Assembly: GCA_963755915.1 (NCBI GenBank)
Contig: CAVWLP010000002.1
Location: 3,712,001 to 3,776,000 of the forward strand
Source of the DNA: an uncultured Phycisphaerales bacterium
GTDB taxonomy: Bacteria > Planctomycetota > Phycisphaerae > Tepidisphaerales > Tepidisphaeraceae
DNA: 64,000 nucleotides
Reading direction: 5' to 3'
Both the position numbers and the translations under genes were made by a program. Under the pieces are notes generated by a model that saw only the letters and a list, made by a program, of their open reading frames with translations, ran no database searches and was not told the DNA's origin. Positions 21,590 through 33,685 of this stretch are shown in pieces. Position 1 is the stretch's first letter, and every line of letters begins with the position of its first letter.

Positions 21590-24500
21590 ATGAAACAGCG
21601 GAATCGGAAGTCGGCCAACGGACTTTTCGGGGCATCCATTTCGAGTTTGAGCATCGAACGCCGGCGGGCGAAGGTGGGTCGCGCGGCCGCCGTCACGCTG
21701 GCGGCGGCGAGCAGCGCCGTCTTCGGGATCTTCACCTCAAATAACGGCGCGTTCGCAGAACCGCTGGTTACAACGACATACGTCGATCCCGCCGGCACCG
21801 CCGGGTTTAACAGTGCCGACAAATGGTCGAACGGTTTGGCCCCGCAGGCCGGCGATGACTACGAAGTGCTGGGGCAAGGCCAGATCCGCACGCCAGCCTA
21901 CACCGGTACGACGATCGGCAACCTCACTTTCGCCGGCGATGCACTCACCCTCGGCGACGGCACCGGGACCGGCGTCACGGGAGTCAGCGGCTTCGGCGTC
22001 CTCACCTTCAAAGGCGATGTCAGCGGCGACACCATCACCGTCAACAACCTTACCCTCAATTCCGGCATTCTTCAGACCGGCGGAACCTCGGCGGGCACGT
22101 CCAATTCCTGGACGCTGGCCTCAAATAACCTGGTCATCGGCAGCGGCGGGTTTGCCATCGACAATGGAGGAGGTCAAACCCCTCCTCGTTACATGATCAT
22201 TAGCGCCAACATCACCGGCAGCGGCGCACTTCAGGTCGTTTCCAATCCTCGAAGTGGTGCGACCGCGTCACTGGACATCAATGGGGGCAGCCTGGTTCTC
22301 ACCGGTAGCAACAGCCTTTGGTCCGGCACGGAACTGATATCCGGCGGAACGCTTCAGGTCGGCCTGGGCGGATCTTCCGGCACTCTCGGTACGGGAGCTG
22401 TCGACGACGATGACGCCCTGGTATTCGACACCACCACCAACGGAACCTACACACAGGCGTTCAGCGTTGACGCGAGCAACACGGGCTTGATCAGCAATAT
22501 CAGCACGGCGACGCAGACGTTGTCCGGTGTGACGGCGAATGGAACCCTTTCGCTTTCTAACTCGACCGGCGGTCTGGCTTTCACGGGACCGATCGCGACC
22601 AATACAGCGACCCTGTCGATCACCAACGGCGGCGGAAATATTTCCATCGGTGGAGTAACCGGAACCGCGGCCGTCATTCTCGGCGGAACAGGCACGACGA
22701 CCCTCAACGGAACCAACAGCTACGCCGGCAACACCACCGTCAACGGCGGCACGCTTGCCTTCGGCAGCGGCGCGACGTTGCCCAACTCTCCAACGTGGAC
22801 CGTCGCGGCAAACTCCATCCTCGACGTTCATCTGGCCAGCACGGCGCTCACCACCACCACCAGCAGTCAAACGATCGCCGGCTCCGGGACGATCATTGGA
22901 AACGTCACCTCCGCTGGGCAGATTTCGCCCGGTGCGGGACCGGCGACCATCGGCACGCTCAGCATCACCGGCAATCTCGGCCTTACCGGCGGCACGATCA
23001 ACACCACCCTCAACGCCACCAATACCAGCGCCGTTGGGACGACCAACGATCTGATCGCCGTCACCGGCAATCTCTCCCTCACCGGCTCCATTGCCCTGAA
23101 TCCGACGTTCACCGGCGGCACACCCGCGGTTGGAAATCAGTACGAAATCCTTTCTTACAGCGGCTCGCTCCTGGGCTCCGGCACCATCGCCCCGCAAAGC
23201 CGCTCGATTACCATCAACACCTCAACGCCTCACGAAATCCTCGCGATCATCAACACGGCGTCCGCCGCCAATCTCGTCTGGAATTCAACCTCCAACAGCA
23301 ATTGGGACATCGTCACCACCCCCAACTGGTTTAACACCGGAACCGCTCACAACGACGACTTCTATCAGGGCGACAACGTAACATTCAATGACGCCTATGC
23401 GGGCGTTCAAACCAACGTCAACATCGTCCAGAACATCGCGCCCACGAGCGTGACCGTCAATTCTACCGCGAACACCTACACGCTGGGCAGCAGCGGCGGG
23501 TTTGGAATCACTGGCGGGGCGGTCATGAACATCACCCTGGGCTCCAGCAACTCGCTAGTCATCACCGCCAGCAACTCCTACAGCGGCAACACGACCATCA
23601 ACTCTGGCACTGTGGTCCTGGGCAACGGCGGCACTCTGGCTCCCTGGGGTCCGGAACCGTCAACAACAGCGGCACCATCATTTATGCCCTCAGCGGTACC
23701 GCCGCCGTCACCAATATCATCAACGGCACCGGCGTGGTCGACGTCAACAGCTCCACCGGCGGCGCACAATTCAATGAGGCCAATGGATACACGGGCGGGC
23801 TGAATATCGAAGACGGCGTGGTATTCGGCGGCAACGCCAATTCCTTCGGCGCGGCAACCAATCAGGTGTTCGTCTCCGGAGAAAACGGCGGCGAAATCTA
23901 TTCAACTACCGCTACGACGTATCCGCAGCCGCTCACCATCGGCGGCGTCGGTCCAAACGACGACGGCCCATTGCGCGGGGGTGGGGCGACCACTTCCATC
24001 TTCTCCGGGGCCGTCACTCTCGACGACAATACCATCATCGAAATGGACGCCGCGCGCAGATTGAGCTGACGAATACCAATGCCATGACCGCGCCGGGAGA
24101 CAGCCTTCGCGTCACCGGCTCGGGCACGCTTTCCTTCGGCGGAAACGTCAACCTCAACGGCGGCGAAATTCAGGCCGGCACCGTCATCGGTTTCGTGCCG
24201 GCGGCCTCCACGACGATGACCATGTCTTCCACGATCGTCGACCTCACCGCCGGCTCAGGCAGCATCAACATGAACGGCGCGGGGACAACCGTGCTGTCGG
24301 TTGACAACAGCTTCACCGGTGCGGTGACGGTTACTAACGGCGTGCTGGAGCCACAAAGCGCCAACGCCATTCCTTCCGGAGATACGGTGAATGTGATCGG
24401 CGGCACGACCGAAACGGGCGAGCTGGGTTTCACTTCCGCTTCCGCCGCGATCTTTACCAGCGGCAGCCCGTTTAGCAATCCAATTACGCTCAATGGCCGC

Positions 24501-26344
24501 CAGACCACAGCGGCCACGAACGCCGACATCGACAACATCAGCGGCAACAATTTTATCTCCAGCCCCATCACCGCGACCACCAGCGGAAACAACTACACGA
24601 TTCAGTCCGATTCGGGAACGCTGACCGTTTCCAGCGCCTTCGCCCTCTCCAGCGCCGCGAGCGGCGTGAGAATCCTCAACCTTCGGCGCGGGGGTCGGCA
24701 ACTGGACCGGCACCATCAGCGACGGCTCGACCGGCACCACAGAGCTGAACGTCAACGGCCCCGGCACCTGGAGCCTTTCCAATGCCCCCGGCAATACCTA
24801 CAGCGCCGGCACCGTGCTCAACGCCGGCACGCTGGTCGTCGCCAACTCCTCCGGGTCGGCGACGGGCGGTGGAACAGTTACGCTCAACGGCGGCGTTCTG
24901 GCCAGTCTTGCGGGTGTTACCAACTCGATCGGCGGCGCCGTGGTTGCCGGCACAGGGACGCACACCATCGCACCGGGCGGGCTAGGCACCATCGGAACGC
25001 TCAACATCGGCCTGGGCCTGACCACCAGCAGCAACACCACCCTCGATTTCGATCTGGGCACCCCCGTCTCCGGTGGCAGCTACAACGGTGATCTCATCGA
25101 GCTCACCTCAGGTTCCTCAACGCCGGCGCGGGCACCAACATCGCGTTCGGCGTCGATCCGACCGCCAACGGCGACTACCGGTTGGTCGGCGGATCCATCG
25201 GAAGCCCAACTCTGGCCAATTTCAACCTGCCGGCGGCGCCGCCGGATATTCCTATAGTCTCAGCACAATGGTCGATACCGGCTTCCTCGACCTGGTTGTC
25301 GGCGCCTCCGGGCCTGCCGCGGTCTACTGGGACAATCTTGGCGCTGGCAACCCGACCAACGGAACTTCGTGGGATACCACGAACAACAACTGGAACAACG
25401 GCTCCGCCGCCACGACATACGCCGACGGCGACAACGTGACCTTTAACGATACCAACGCCGGCCACTACTTCGTGACCTTGAGCAGCACCGTCAGCCCGGC
25501 TTCGGTGACCGTCAACAGTTCAGGGAATTACTCGATCACCGGCACCGGCGGCGCGATTGCCGACACCGGCACATTCATCAAGGGCGGCAGCAGCACGCTG
25601 ACGCTGGGCGTCGGCCTCACTGCCAACAGTCTCGCGATCAACACGGGTAGCGTGGTCGTGGCCAGCAATACAACTGCCGGCACTTGGACCGCCGCTCATC
25701 CCCTGAGCAACGTCAACATCGTCTCTCTCACCATTGCCGCCAACAGCACGCTGGATATCACCAACAACCACGTGATCATCGACTACGGCAGCGGAAGCGA
25801 TCCGATGTCCACGATCTATAGTTATCTGAAGAGCGGATACAACAACGGATCATGGAACGGCGCGGGGATTATTTCCTCGGCCGCGGCCACGGAAAACGCC
25901 ACCGCCGGCCTGAAATATGGAATCGGGTTTGCCGACGGCATCGACAGGGTTATCAGTGGCCTCAGCAGCGGGGAAATCGAGCTGAAATACACGCTGCTGG
26001 GCGACGCCAACCTCGACGGCACCGTTAACGGATCGGACTTCAGCATCCTGGCGGCAAACTTCGGCCTTGGGCACACCAACTGGGACCAGGGTGATTTCCT
26101 CTACGGTTCATCGGTTAACGGCTCCGACTTCAGCGCTTTGGCCGCGAACTTCGGCCAGGGTGACGCCAACGCGGCGGTTACCCAGGCAGACGTGGCCGCG
26201 CTGGATGCGTTTGCCGCGGCCAACGGACTGCCGATGCCGGTGATCGCCGCGGTGCCGGAACCAGTTTCCACCGGGGTTTTGGCGTTGGGCGCGATTGGGG
26301 TCTTGTCGCGCCGGCGCCGGCAGCGTCGCCAGGGACCGGCTTAG
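21590..26344 (+). CDS. Giant (~1585 aa) PEP-CTERM surface protein with autotransporter-associated beta-strand repeats and dockerin-like tail; ~5 probable sequencing frameshifts
   Basis: AGGAG RBS; extended signal peptide; NSYAGNTTVNGGTL-type repeats continue through ORF pieces 21590, 23734, 24084, 24814 and 25073; ends GDANLDG...AVPEPVSTGVLALGAIGVLSRRRR. Confidence 0.85.
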
Positions 26345-26416
26345 GGATCGAATGCGAAAGGAGTAATCGCGCCTTCTTTTTTAGCTGCTTTGAAAATCGT
26401 GCTATGAGGTTTTGTT

Positions 26417-28990
26417 ATGGTGTATCACACTCGTAGGCGACGATCGCGGCAGGCTGGCGCCGCGATCGCGGCCGCCGCTGCTATGGCGGTGGGGGGAGCT
26501 TCTGTTTCTTTTGCTCAACAGTTTAATCCCTATAACACGGTTTCCCTCTCCAGCGTTTCGACCAACGCTTATGGCGCCGACGACATCAACTCCTGCTCGA
26601 TCGACATCAATGATCTGGTAACCGACGGCAACTATCAGTTCATCGCCTTCTACAACAATTCCGGCCGCGTGGTATTGGGTCGCCGCGCTACCAGTTCCAG
26701 CGCCGACAACACCAATCCCTGGACGTTGGATACGACGAATATGACACCCACTTCAGGAATCACGGATGACCACGACGTGATCTCCATCGCGGTAGACGGC
26801 AACGGCGATATGCATCTTTCCTGGGGAATGCACAACGCCGCGCTCCAATACGATATCTCTTCAAATTCGGTCCTTGGCAGCACATTCAGTCCCACATTTG
26901 TAAAACAAACCAGTACCAACGATCCGGGACTGTTTGCGAATCTTGGTTCGATCAATCAGGTCACATATCCGCAGTTCTACAATATTCCCAACAGCAACAA
27001 CCTCCTGTTTGTCTACCGCGATGCCGCCGCCGCTTCGGGCGGAGGATCCGGCGACGGCAACGAGTTCTTTGCCATCTACAACGCCGCGACCAAAACCTAC
27101 AGCGCCGCCCAGAATGTTGAGATGATGGACGGCGGAATCACCAGCGTTAACGGCTACATGAACAACCTTCTATACACTCCTTCCGGGACGCTGGTTGCAA
27201 CCTGGACGTGGCGGGCAACCCCGGACTGGCAGACCAACTCGAATATTCTTTATGCCCAGTCCCCCAACAACGGCGCGAGCTGGTATCAATTTGGCGGCAC
27301 CACGCAGTACGCCCTGCCGATCATCCAGAATACCTCCGGCGGCGGAACCGCTGCCCAGGTCGCCCAGGCCGTTGTCAATATTCCCGAAAACGACAGCTTC
27401 ATCAATCAGACCAGCGAGGCCATCGATAACAACGGCAACCCGATGGTCGCCACCTATCTCACGCCCGGCTGGAACGTCAACACGAATTCGGGAAATCCCA
27501 ACCGGCAATATGTTCTGGAATATTACAATGGCTCAAGCTGGCAGCAGTCGGTAATCAGCGATCGAACTTCCGATACATTTATCGACAACGCCCAAAACGA
27601 CCCCGCCGGCAGCGGCGCCGACGTGCGCGACCTCGGCAGGCCCCTGGTCATGGTCGACAGTTCCAACCGCATCATCGTCGTCACCCGATCAGAAGACACC
27701 GCGATGGGCGCTTATTCCAACCCCAGCACGCCCAACAACGACATCGTGGTTTATTACACCACCGCCTCGGCCCTCGACGCCGGCTCTCCCGACTGGCGAT
27801 CGACCACCCTCGACAACGTGAACATGGGCGAATACGAGCCCACCTACGATCCGCATCTCTGGGCCAGCAGCAATATCCTCGACCTGATGTACGAACCCGA
27901 GGGTCTCAGTGGCGAGGGCGAAGAACCCATCTCCGTCCTGCAATGGAACGAGCAGGCGTTTTTCCAGGACGGCATCTCCTGGAACAACGCCACCAACGGC
28001 ATTCCCGTCGGCGACGGTTACACCTGGGACAACCAAAACAACGCCAACTGGAACAACGGCACTACCACCGTCAATTTCATGACCGGTGACAACGTCACCT
28101 TCAACGACACCAACGACGGCAACTACAACATCACGCTGAATACGACCGTCAGTCCCGGCAACATTACGGTCAACACCGCCGGAAGCTATTCCATCACCGG
28201 GTCGGGCACCATCGCGGCCAGCGGCGCGTATACCCAGTCAGGCACCGGCACCATGACGATCGGCACCGGCTTCACCGCCAAATCCGTCAGCATCGCCTCC
28301 GGGACTCTCGCCCTGGCCACGAACACCACGCTGGGCAGCGGCACCGTCACGAGCAATGTCACCATCTCGTCGCTGACCATCGGCGGCAACGGAGTGCTGG
28401 ACATCGAAAACAACCTCATCATCATCACCTACGGCAGCAGCGATCCCTTGTCCACCATCTACGGCTATCTGGTATCCGGCTACAACAACGCCGGCTGGAA
28501 CGGGCCCGGCATTATCTCCTCCACCGCAAGGTCGATTAACGGCAGCTCGATCTACGGCATCGGCTTCGCCGACGGCGCCGACGGCGTCGTGAACGGCCTT
28601 TCCTCCGGCCAGATTGAATTGAAATATACGCTGCTGGGCGACGCCAACCTCGACGGCGTGGTCAATGGCTCCGACTTCAGCATTCTCGCCGCGAATTTCG
28701 GCCTGGGCGTCACCAACTGGGACCAGGGGAATTTCCTCTATGGCTCTTCGGTCAACGGCTCCGACTTCAGCGCCCTGGCGGCCAACTTTGGGCAGGGGGA
28801 CAACGATGCCGCGGTCAGCGTCTCGCAGGCCGACATCGCCGCCCTCGATGCCTTCGCCGCCGCCAATGGTTTGCTTGCCGACGTTCCCGAGCCCGCGTCT
28901 GCGGCGTCGCTGGCGCTCGTGGCCAGCACTCTGCTGACGCGCCGCCGAGCCAACCGCGCGCTCGCGGCTTCTCGCTCCGGCGGGGTTTAG
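26417..28990 (+). CDS. BNR-4 beta-propeller protein with dockerin-like tail and PEP-CTERM
   Basis: DDHDVISIAVDGNGDMHLSWGMHN, VTYPQF, WTWRATPDWQTN, SPNNGASW Asp-box; C-terminal VPEP. Confidence 0.88.
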   Translation: MVYHTRRRRSRQAGAAIAAAAAMAVGGASVSFAQQFNPYNTVSLSSVSTNAYGADDINSCSIDINDLVTDGNYQFIAFYNNSGRVVLGRRATSSSADNTNPWTLDTTNMTPTSGITDDHDVISIAVDGNGDMHLSWGMHNAALQYDISSNSVLGSTFSPTFVKQTSTNDPGLFANLGSINQVTYPQFYNIPNSNNLLFVYRDAAAASGGGSGDGNEFFAIYNAATKTYSAAQNVEMMDGGITSVNGYMNNLLYTPSGTLVATWTWRATPDWQTNSNILYAQSPNNGASWYQFGGTTQYALPIIQNTSGGGTAAQVAQAVVNIPENDSFINQTSEAIDNNGNPMVATYLTPGWNVNTNSGNPNRQYVLEYYNGSSWQQSVISDRTSDTFIDNAQNDPAGSGADVRDLGRPLVMVDSSNRIIVVTRSEDTAMGAYSNPSTPNNDIVVYYTTASALDAGSPDWRSTTLDNVNMGEYEPTYDPHLWASSNILDLMYEPEGLSGEGEEPISVLQWNEQAFFQDGISWNNATNGIPVGDGYTWDNQNNANWNNGTTTVNFMTGDNVTFNDTNDGNYNITLNTTVSPGNITVNTAGSYSITGSGTIAASGAYTQSGTGTMTIGTGFTAKSVSIASGTLALATNTTLGSGTVTSNVTISSLTIGGNGVLDIENNLIIITYGSSDPLSTIYGYLVSGYNNAGWNGPGIISSTARSINGSSIYGIGFADGADGVVNGLSSGQIELKYTLLGDANLDGVVNGSDFSILAANFGLGVTNWDQGNFLYGSSVNGSDFSALAANFGQGDNDAAVSVSQADIAALDAFAAANGLLADVPEPASAASLALVASTLLTRRRANRALAASRSGGV

Positions 28991-28997
28991 CGCACCG

Positions 28998-29894
28998 TCA
29001 GACCGGTTCCGCTTCCGCGCGTACCAATTCTTTAAACAGATTCTCCAGTCGCGTCATCATCGGCCCCGGCAGGGGCTTTGGCATATCCCGTCCGTCGATC
29101 GCTTTCACCGCGGCCAGTTCCCCCATCGTCCCGGTGCAGAAGACTTCCGCCGCCCGGTAAAACTCCATGAGGCTCACGTCGCGCTCCTCAAATGCGATCG
29201 CGTTCCGCCGACACAATTCCAGCACCGCTGCCCGGGTGATTCCCTCGGGGCAGGCAACCGTGCGCGGCGTGACGATGGTGTCCGTCGCCACCAGGAAGAG
29301 ATGGGTGGCGTTGGTCTCCGCGACGAAACCGCGCGTGTCGAGCATCACCGCGTCATCCGCCCCGGCGCGCGTCGCCTCGATCTTTGCGAGGATCGACTGG
29401 ATCAGGTTGCAGTGATGGATCTTGGGATCCAGACAATCCGGCGAAAACCTCCGCACGCTGCTCGTCGCCAGCGTGATTCCGCGCTTGTCATAAACGGGCG
29501 GCTTATGCTCCGCGAGGACGATCAGCGTCGGCCCTGCCTGGTTCAGCCGCGGGTCCATTCCGGAGGTGATCTTCACGCCGCGCGTGAGCGTCAGGCGGAT
29601 ATGCACGCCGTCGTGCATATGGTTCGCCTCCAGGGTTTTTCGGATTTCATCTCGAATCGATTCGTGCGAGGGGATCTCGGCAAACGCCAGCGCCGTCGCC
29701 GAGCTGCGCAGGCGGTCCAGGTGCTGCGCGAGGCGGAAGATTTTGCCGTCGTAAACCCGCAGCCCTTCCCACACGGCGTCGCCGCCCTGAACCGCGGAAT
29801 CAAACGGGCTGATGCCCGCCTGGCCGCGCGGCAGAAGCTTGCCGTTGATGTTGATCAATAGCGCCTGGTTGCGTGGATCGTACGTTTGCAACAT
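28998..29894 (-). CDS. Class IV PLP-dependent aminotransferase (IlvE/D-amino-acid aminotransferase family)
   Basis: GDAVWEGLRVYDG, HLDRL, PKIHHCN, AETNATHLF, PEGITR, EVFCTGTMGEL. Confidence 0.93.
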   Translation of the reverse strand: MLQTYDPRNQALLININGKLLPRGQAGISPFDSAVQGGDAVWEGLRVYDGKIFRLAQHLDRLRSSATALAFAEIPSHESIRDEIRKTLEANHMHDGVHIRLTLTRGVKITSGMDPRLNQAGPTLIVLAEHKPPVYDKRGITLATSSVRRFSPDCLDPKIHHCNLIQSILAKIEATRAGADDAVMLDTRGFVAETNATHLFLVATDTIVTPRTVACPEGITRAAVLELCRRNAIAFEERDVSLMEFYRAAEVFCTGTMGELAAVKAIDGRDMPKPLPGPMMTRLENLFKELVRAEAEPV

Positions 29895-29898
29895 GAAA

Positions 29899-30633
29899 TC
29901 ACGCCGTTAAACGATGCTCGTAAAGTTCGCGATAGTAATGCTCGCATTCATCCAGCAGCCCCTGCAAATGCGGGGGAATCACGCGCGGCTTATCTTCGTA
30001 TTTTCCAAACGACGCGGTCCTTTCCACTTCTTTATACCAGTATTTCGCCCAGACGCCGTCGGTTTCGCGTCCACCGGGCAGCCATGACAGCATTCGCTCG
30101 GAAAATTCGATCCCCAGCGATTCGCACAATCGCGACAAGACCGCACGCGGATCGCCAAGCACATCGCGGGCATCGATCACCGGCGGAATCTTCCGAGTCC
30201 AGCCGCGCACAAGCTGAAAAATCTCCAGTTGCTGCGGGTACCCGGTGTCTTCCAGCGCCGGCTCGGCAACGTGCTTCACATACGACGCGATTACTTCCCG
30301 CGGATCGCGGATCAGAAAAGCGTGCGTCATCTGCCGCATCCAATCGCGCGGCAACTGGGGCAACAGATGGTGAGCCATCTGCTTGTAATAGCAGATTCGC
30401 TTCCCCACCGGCGGGGGGGCGAACATGCGGACAATTGCCATGTCGGCATCGGCCGGCCCCGCGGCGATCACCTCATCGGCGCCCGGATGCGGCTTGCCGG
30501 TTTCACGAAGGTAGTGCGCATAGAGCGGCTCATCGAAAACCACCGTGTCCTCTCGATTGCCCCAGGCGCGCATCATGGCCGTGGAAATGTTTCGCGGCCC
30601 CGACCAGATCGATAAACGCATGACCGATTGCAT
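29899..30633 (-). CDS. P-loop sulfotransferase-like protein (aminotransferase-IV-associated family)
   Basis: WSGPRNISTAMMRAW, DEPLYAHYL, KQMAHHL, LIRDPREVIASY, DGVWAKYWY. Confidence 0.85.
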   Translation of the reverse strand: MQSVMRLSIWSGPRNISTAMMRAWGNREDTVVFDEPLYAHYLRETGKPHPGADEVIAAGPADADMAIVRMFAPPPVGKRICYYKQMAHHLLPQLPRDWMRQMTHAFLIRDPREVIASYVKHVAEPALEDTGYPQQLEIFQLVRGWTRKIPPVIDARDVLGDPRAVLSRLCESLGIEFSERMLSWLPGGRETDGVWAKYWYKEVERTASFGKYEDKPRVIPPHLQGLLDECEHYYRELYEHRLTA

Positions 30634-30681
30634 CAATCCTGCTTCTTAAACTCGCTCCCCATCCCCGCTTGTCGCCGAAGC

Positions 30682-30692
30682 TGTAAATTGCA
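30682..30692 (+). promoter_or_regulatory. TGTAAnTTACA-like operator
   Basis: TGTAAATTGCA about 35 bp upstream of the BNR-4 gene. Confidence 0.5.
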
Positions 30693-30727
30693 CCTATTTA
30701 TGCAAGAAATCGCGTATCATTACAACC

Positions 30728-32058
30728 ATGACCACCCGCCACGCTCGACATCGCTTCTGCTCAGTTTTCGCCGCGATGCTTGGATTGATTTTATCCGCAC
30801 GAAGCCCGGCCGATACCCCGCAACCTGTGGTCCGGCAAATCCCCATCGGCCTGGCATTCGCCAACGACGGGGTCAATACCTCCATCTTCCGCGTCAATGC
30901 CCTGCTCAGCGCCGGCAATCGCCAGTTTGCGATCTACTACGCGCCGGATGGCACGGTCGTCGTTGGCGCCCGCGACCTGCCGAACGGCTCCTGGGACCTC
31001 GCTCGCCAATCATTTAAAGGCAATGTCCGCGACGCCCACAATGATGCGGTCCTCGGCATCTCCTCCGACGGACTGCTTCACATCTCCTATGACCATCACA
31101 ATAACCCGCTTCACTATCGCGTCAGTCAGAAGCCTTACGATATTCACACCTTCGGCGATGAGCTCCCCATGACCGGGCAGGACGAAGACAGCGTCACCTA
31201 TCCGCAGTTCATCAGCGGCCCCGATGGAAGCCTCTACTTTTTCTACCGTAACGGCGCGAGCGGAAATGGCTCGATGTATATGAACCGCTACGACGCCGCC
31301 AGCAAAACCTGGCAGCCGGTGCAGCATCCGCTTATCGACGGGCAGGGCCAGCGCAGCCCGTACTGGTGGCGTCCCAGCGTCGCCGCCGATGGAACCATAT
31401 ATATCGGCTGGTGCTGGCGCGACACACCCGACGCCGAGACCAATCACGATCTCTGCTTCGCGTGCAGCAAAGACGGCGGCCGCACCTGGCTTCGCAGCGA
31501 CGGCAAGCCGCAGGCTTTGCCGATCACACTCGACAATGCCGAGGTGGTCGATCCGATTCCCAGGGGCTCGAACCTCATCAACCAGTGCAGCTCCGCGGTT
31601 GACGACCAGGGCCGCTTCCATCTGGTTGAATATTTCAACGACGCGGGCGGCATTCCGCAGTATTTCGACGAGTGGTTTGACGGGCACGCCTGGCACAAAA
31701 GCCAGATTTCGCACCGCACATCAAAATTTTCCCTCAGTGGCGCCGGATCGCTGGCGATCCCGATCAGCCGGCCGGAAGTCGCCGTCTCTCACAGCGGCAC
31801 GGCCTGCGTGATCACGCGCGACGCCGAGGTGGGCGGCGGAATCCGCCTTTACGAATCCCGCGCACCTATCAGCAGTGGAATGTCATCGACCTGACCCACG
31901 AAAACCTCGGTAACTGGGAGCCGATGTACGACCTGGCCCGGCTGCACGATTCGAGCATCCTCAGCCTCTTTGTTCTTCCCGTCGAGCAGGGGAATCACGA
32001 GCGCACCACCAACTTCGGCCCGCAGACGGCGATGGTGGTGGAGACGCCGCTGAAGTAG
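30728..32058 (+). CDS. Secreted stand-alone BNR-4 beta-propeller protein; 1-nt deletion ~31865
   Basis: Signal peptide; DAHNDAVLGISSDGLLHISYDHHNNPL, VTYPQF, SKDGGRTW. Continues YQQWNVIDL...LGNWEPMYD...ETPLK, TAG 32058. Confidence 0.87.
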
Positions 32059-32074
32059 GCGCGGATGAAAATGA

Positions 32075-32155
32075 CCGGCCACGCAGCGATCCTAACGATC
32101 GATGCGTGGCCGGGAGGAGGGTAAGCTTACGGGGCTGATTCCGTATCAATCAGCC
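32075..32155. terminator. Two hairpins between convergent genes
   Basis: CCGGCCACGCAGCGATC-ctaac-GATCGATGCGTGGCCGG (32075-32113) and GGCTGATT-ccgtatc-AATCAGCC (32133-32155). No U-tract, so function is uncertain. Confidence 0.45.
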
Positions 32156-32165
32156 GAAGCGATTA

Positions 32166-33092
32166 TTATTTCCTTGAAACTCGACGGCGTCGCAGCATGA
32201 GCATCGCGCCACCGACAGCCGCAGTAGCGAAGGACATCGGCTCGGGTACGACGCTGAAGTTGCTGAAGAGGGCATAGGACGGGTTGGTCGCCGAAACGTC
32301 GCCGGTCATGGAGCGATCACCGATCATGGCACCTTGAACGGTGAGGCCTGTCGTCTCGGTTCCTGAAATGGTAGTGCCGTCGATTGTTGCGCTCACGAGG
32401 CCGGAGGCCGGGTTATAGGCGAATGAGACGGTATGGGTCAATGGCCAACTGCCGCCGTCCGCCGTCGGTATACTCGTCAATGATGTAACGGGAGTCCCGG
32501 TGCCGCCCCCAAAGAAAATCTCAGCATAGTTGCCACTAGCTAGTGAGGGACGAATGAAGACCCATGCAAGGACGTCGCTGGTGCTAGACGTTTCCACATC
32601 GGGAACGCCTGAGCTAACGCTGGTGCTGTTTAACAAGGAGACAAAGGCCCAGGCGGTACCGGAAGTGGAGGCTTCAGAATTGAACGCGAGGTTCGTCGTC
32701 TCAGTGACCGGGCCGGCCGGGCTAACGCCGATGAAGCCGTTGTCGTCCGTATGCGTGTCGGTGGTGCCAAAGACGGTTCCAGTAGCGCTGCGGACGGGAA
32801 TTATCGGTTGGATGCCGCTGTAGGAACCGCCGGTTATCATGGTGGGCCATGTCGATTGAGATTGCGATGAAACGTACTGGGCGGAGGGCGTGAGCACGGC
32901 ATCATTATTGGTGTAATCTGCTGACCAAGTCTCGGAGTTGCCCGAGTTGATGTCAGGACTGGAACCCGCCAAATTGCCAGTGACCGTGGCATTGGTCAAC
33001 GTGTCGAGAACGACGTCCGCGTGCCCAACCGCGGAGACTCCCGCGATGACGGCACCAGCAAAAATACAAGTTGAAAATACGCGCTTTCTCAT
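32166..33092 (-). CDS. Small PEP-CTERM protein, unknown Ser/Thr-rich domain
   Basis: GGAGG RBS + ATG 33092 (MRKRVFSTCIFAG...AVGHA); C-terminal VVPEPMSFATAAVGGAMLMLRRRR. Confidence 0.9.
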   Translation of the reverse strand: MRKRVFSTCIFAGAVIAGVSAVGHADVVLDTLTNATVTGNLAGSSPDINSGNSETWSADYTNNDAVLTPSAQYVSSQSQSTWPTMITGGSYSGIQPIIPVRSATGTVFGTTDTHTDDNGFIGVSPAGPVTETTNLAFNSEASTSGTAWAFVSLLNSTSVSSGVPDVETSSTSDVLAWVFIRPSLASGNYAEIFFGGGTGTPVTSLTSIPTADGGSWPLTHTVSFAYNPASGLVSATIDGTTISGTETTGLTVQGAMIGDRSMTGDVSATNPSYALFSNFSVVPEPMSFATAAVGGAMLMLRRRRVSRK

Positions 33093-33165
33093 TACGCCTC
33101 CGGTTTGAGAGATAATTCTTTCCCGAGCCCTCCCACTCACGTCTATGAGGTACTCGCCAAACGCA

Positions 33166-33193
33166 AATGTAACACAAGTTGAAACGGTGTCAA
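33166..33193 (-). promoter_or_regulatory. sigma70-like promoter for the PEP-CTERM gene
   Basis: Minus strand TTGACA-16 bp-TACATT with TG extension; overlaps a TGTAA half-site. Confidence 0.6.
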
Positions 33194-33589
33194 GAAAAAT
33201 TTCATCTTAAAATGATGCCCTTACATCGGGCGAAAATTTGCCCGATTTCCGGATATATGGCCGAAAATAAGGAAAAATCGCCACATCCGGTTATCGCGGC
33301 CCTTTCGCGAATTGCGACGGGCCAGTTGCGGTTAAACCGGCGATTCCAAAGAAATGTTTTCAGAAATGTATGAAATTATCTCTGAAACTAATTCCTTTAA
33401 TTTCACGATTTGAGGCCGCGGAAAGGGGGAATCCAACCGGGGATTCCGCAAAAAAGGAGCGGTTATTTTGGTCCGAGCCTGGCAGGATGGATCACACAGA
33501 TTTCGCCGTTTTCCAGCGGTTTAAGCCGTTTTTCGCGGTGTTTTCCGACCCGGCGTTTTGCCCAGATAGGAGTGGCAACGATTTTTGCA

Positions 33590-33620
33590 TTGAAAATTTC
33601 TCGAATCTATGTAAGATTCA
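33590..33620 (+). promoter_or_regulatory. Promoter with operator over the -10, upstream of prepilin-like gene 2
   Basis: TTGAAA-16 bp-TAAGAT; TGTAAGATTCA at 33610-33620. Confidence 0.6.
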
Positions 33621-33685
33621 TGGTGGCCAGGATAAATACACCTCGCCCGCAAACCTGAAGCGGGCTGCAACCGGCGGAGGCTGAC

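Noticed and set aside
21590-26344. Classical autotransporter, or five separate genes
   Set aside because: No C-terminal beta-barrel; it ends in PEP-CTERM. The pieces join by 1-2 nt indels into one continuous repeat protein.
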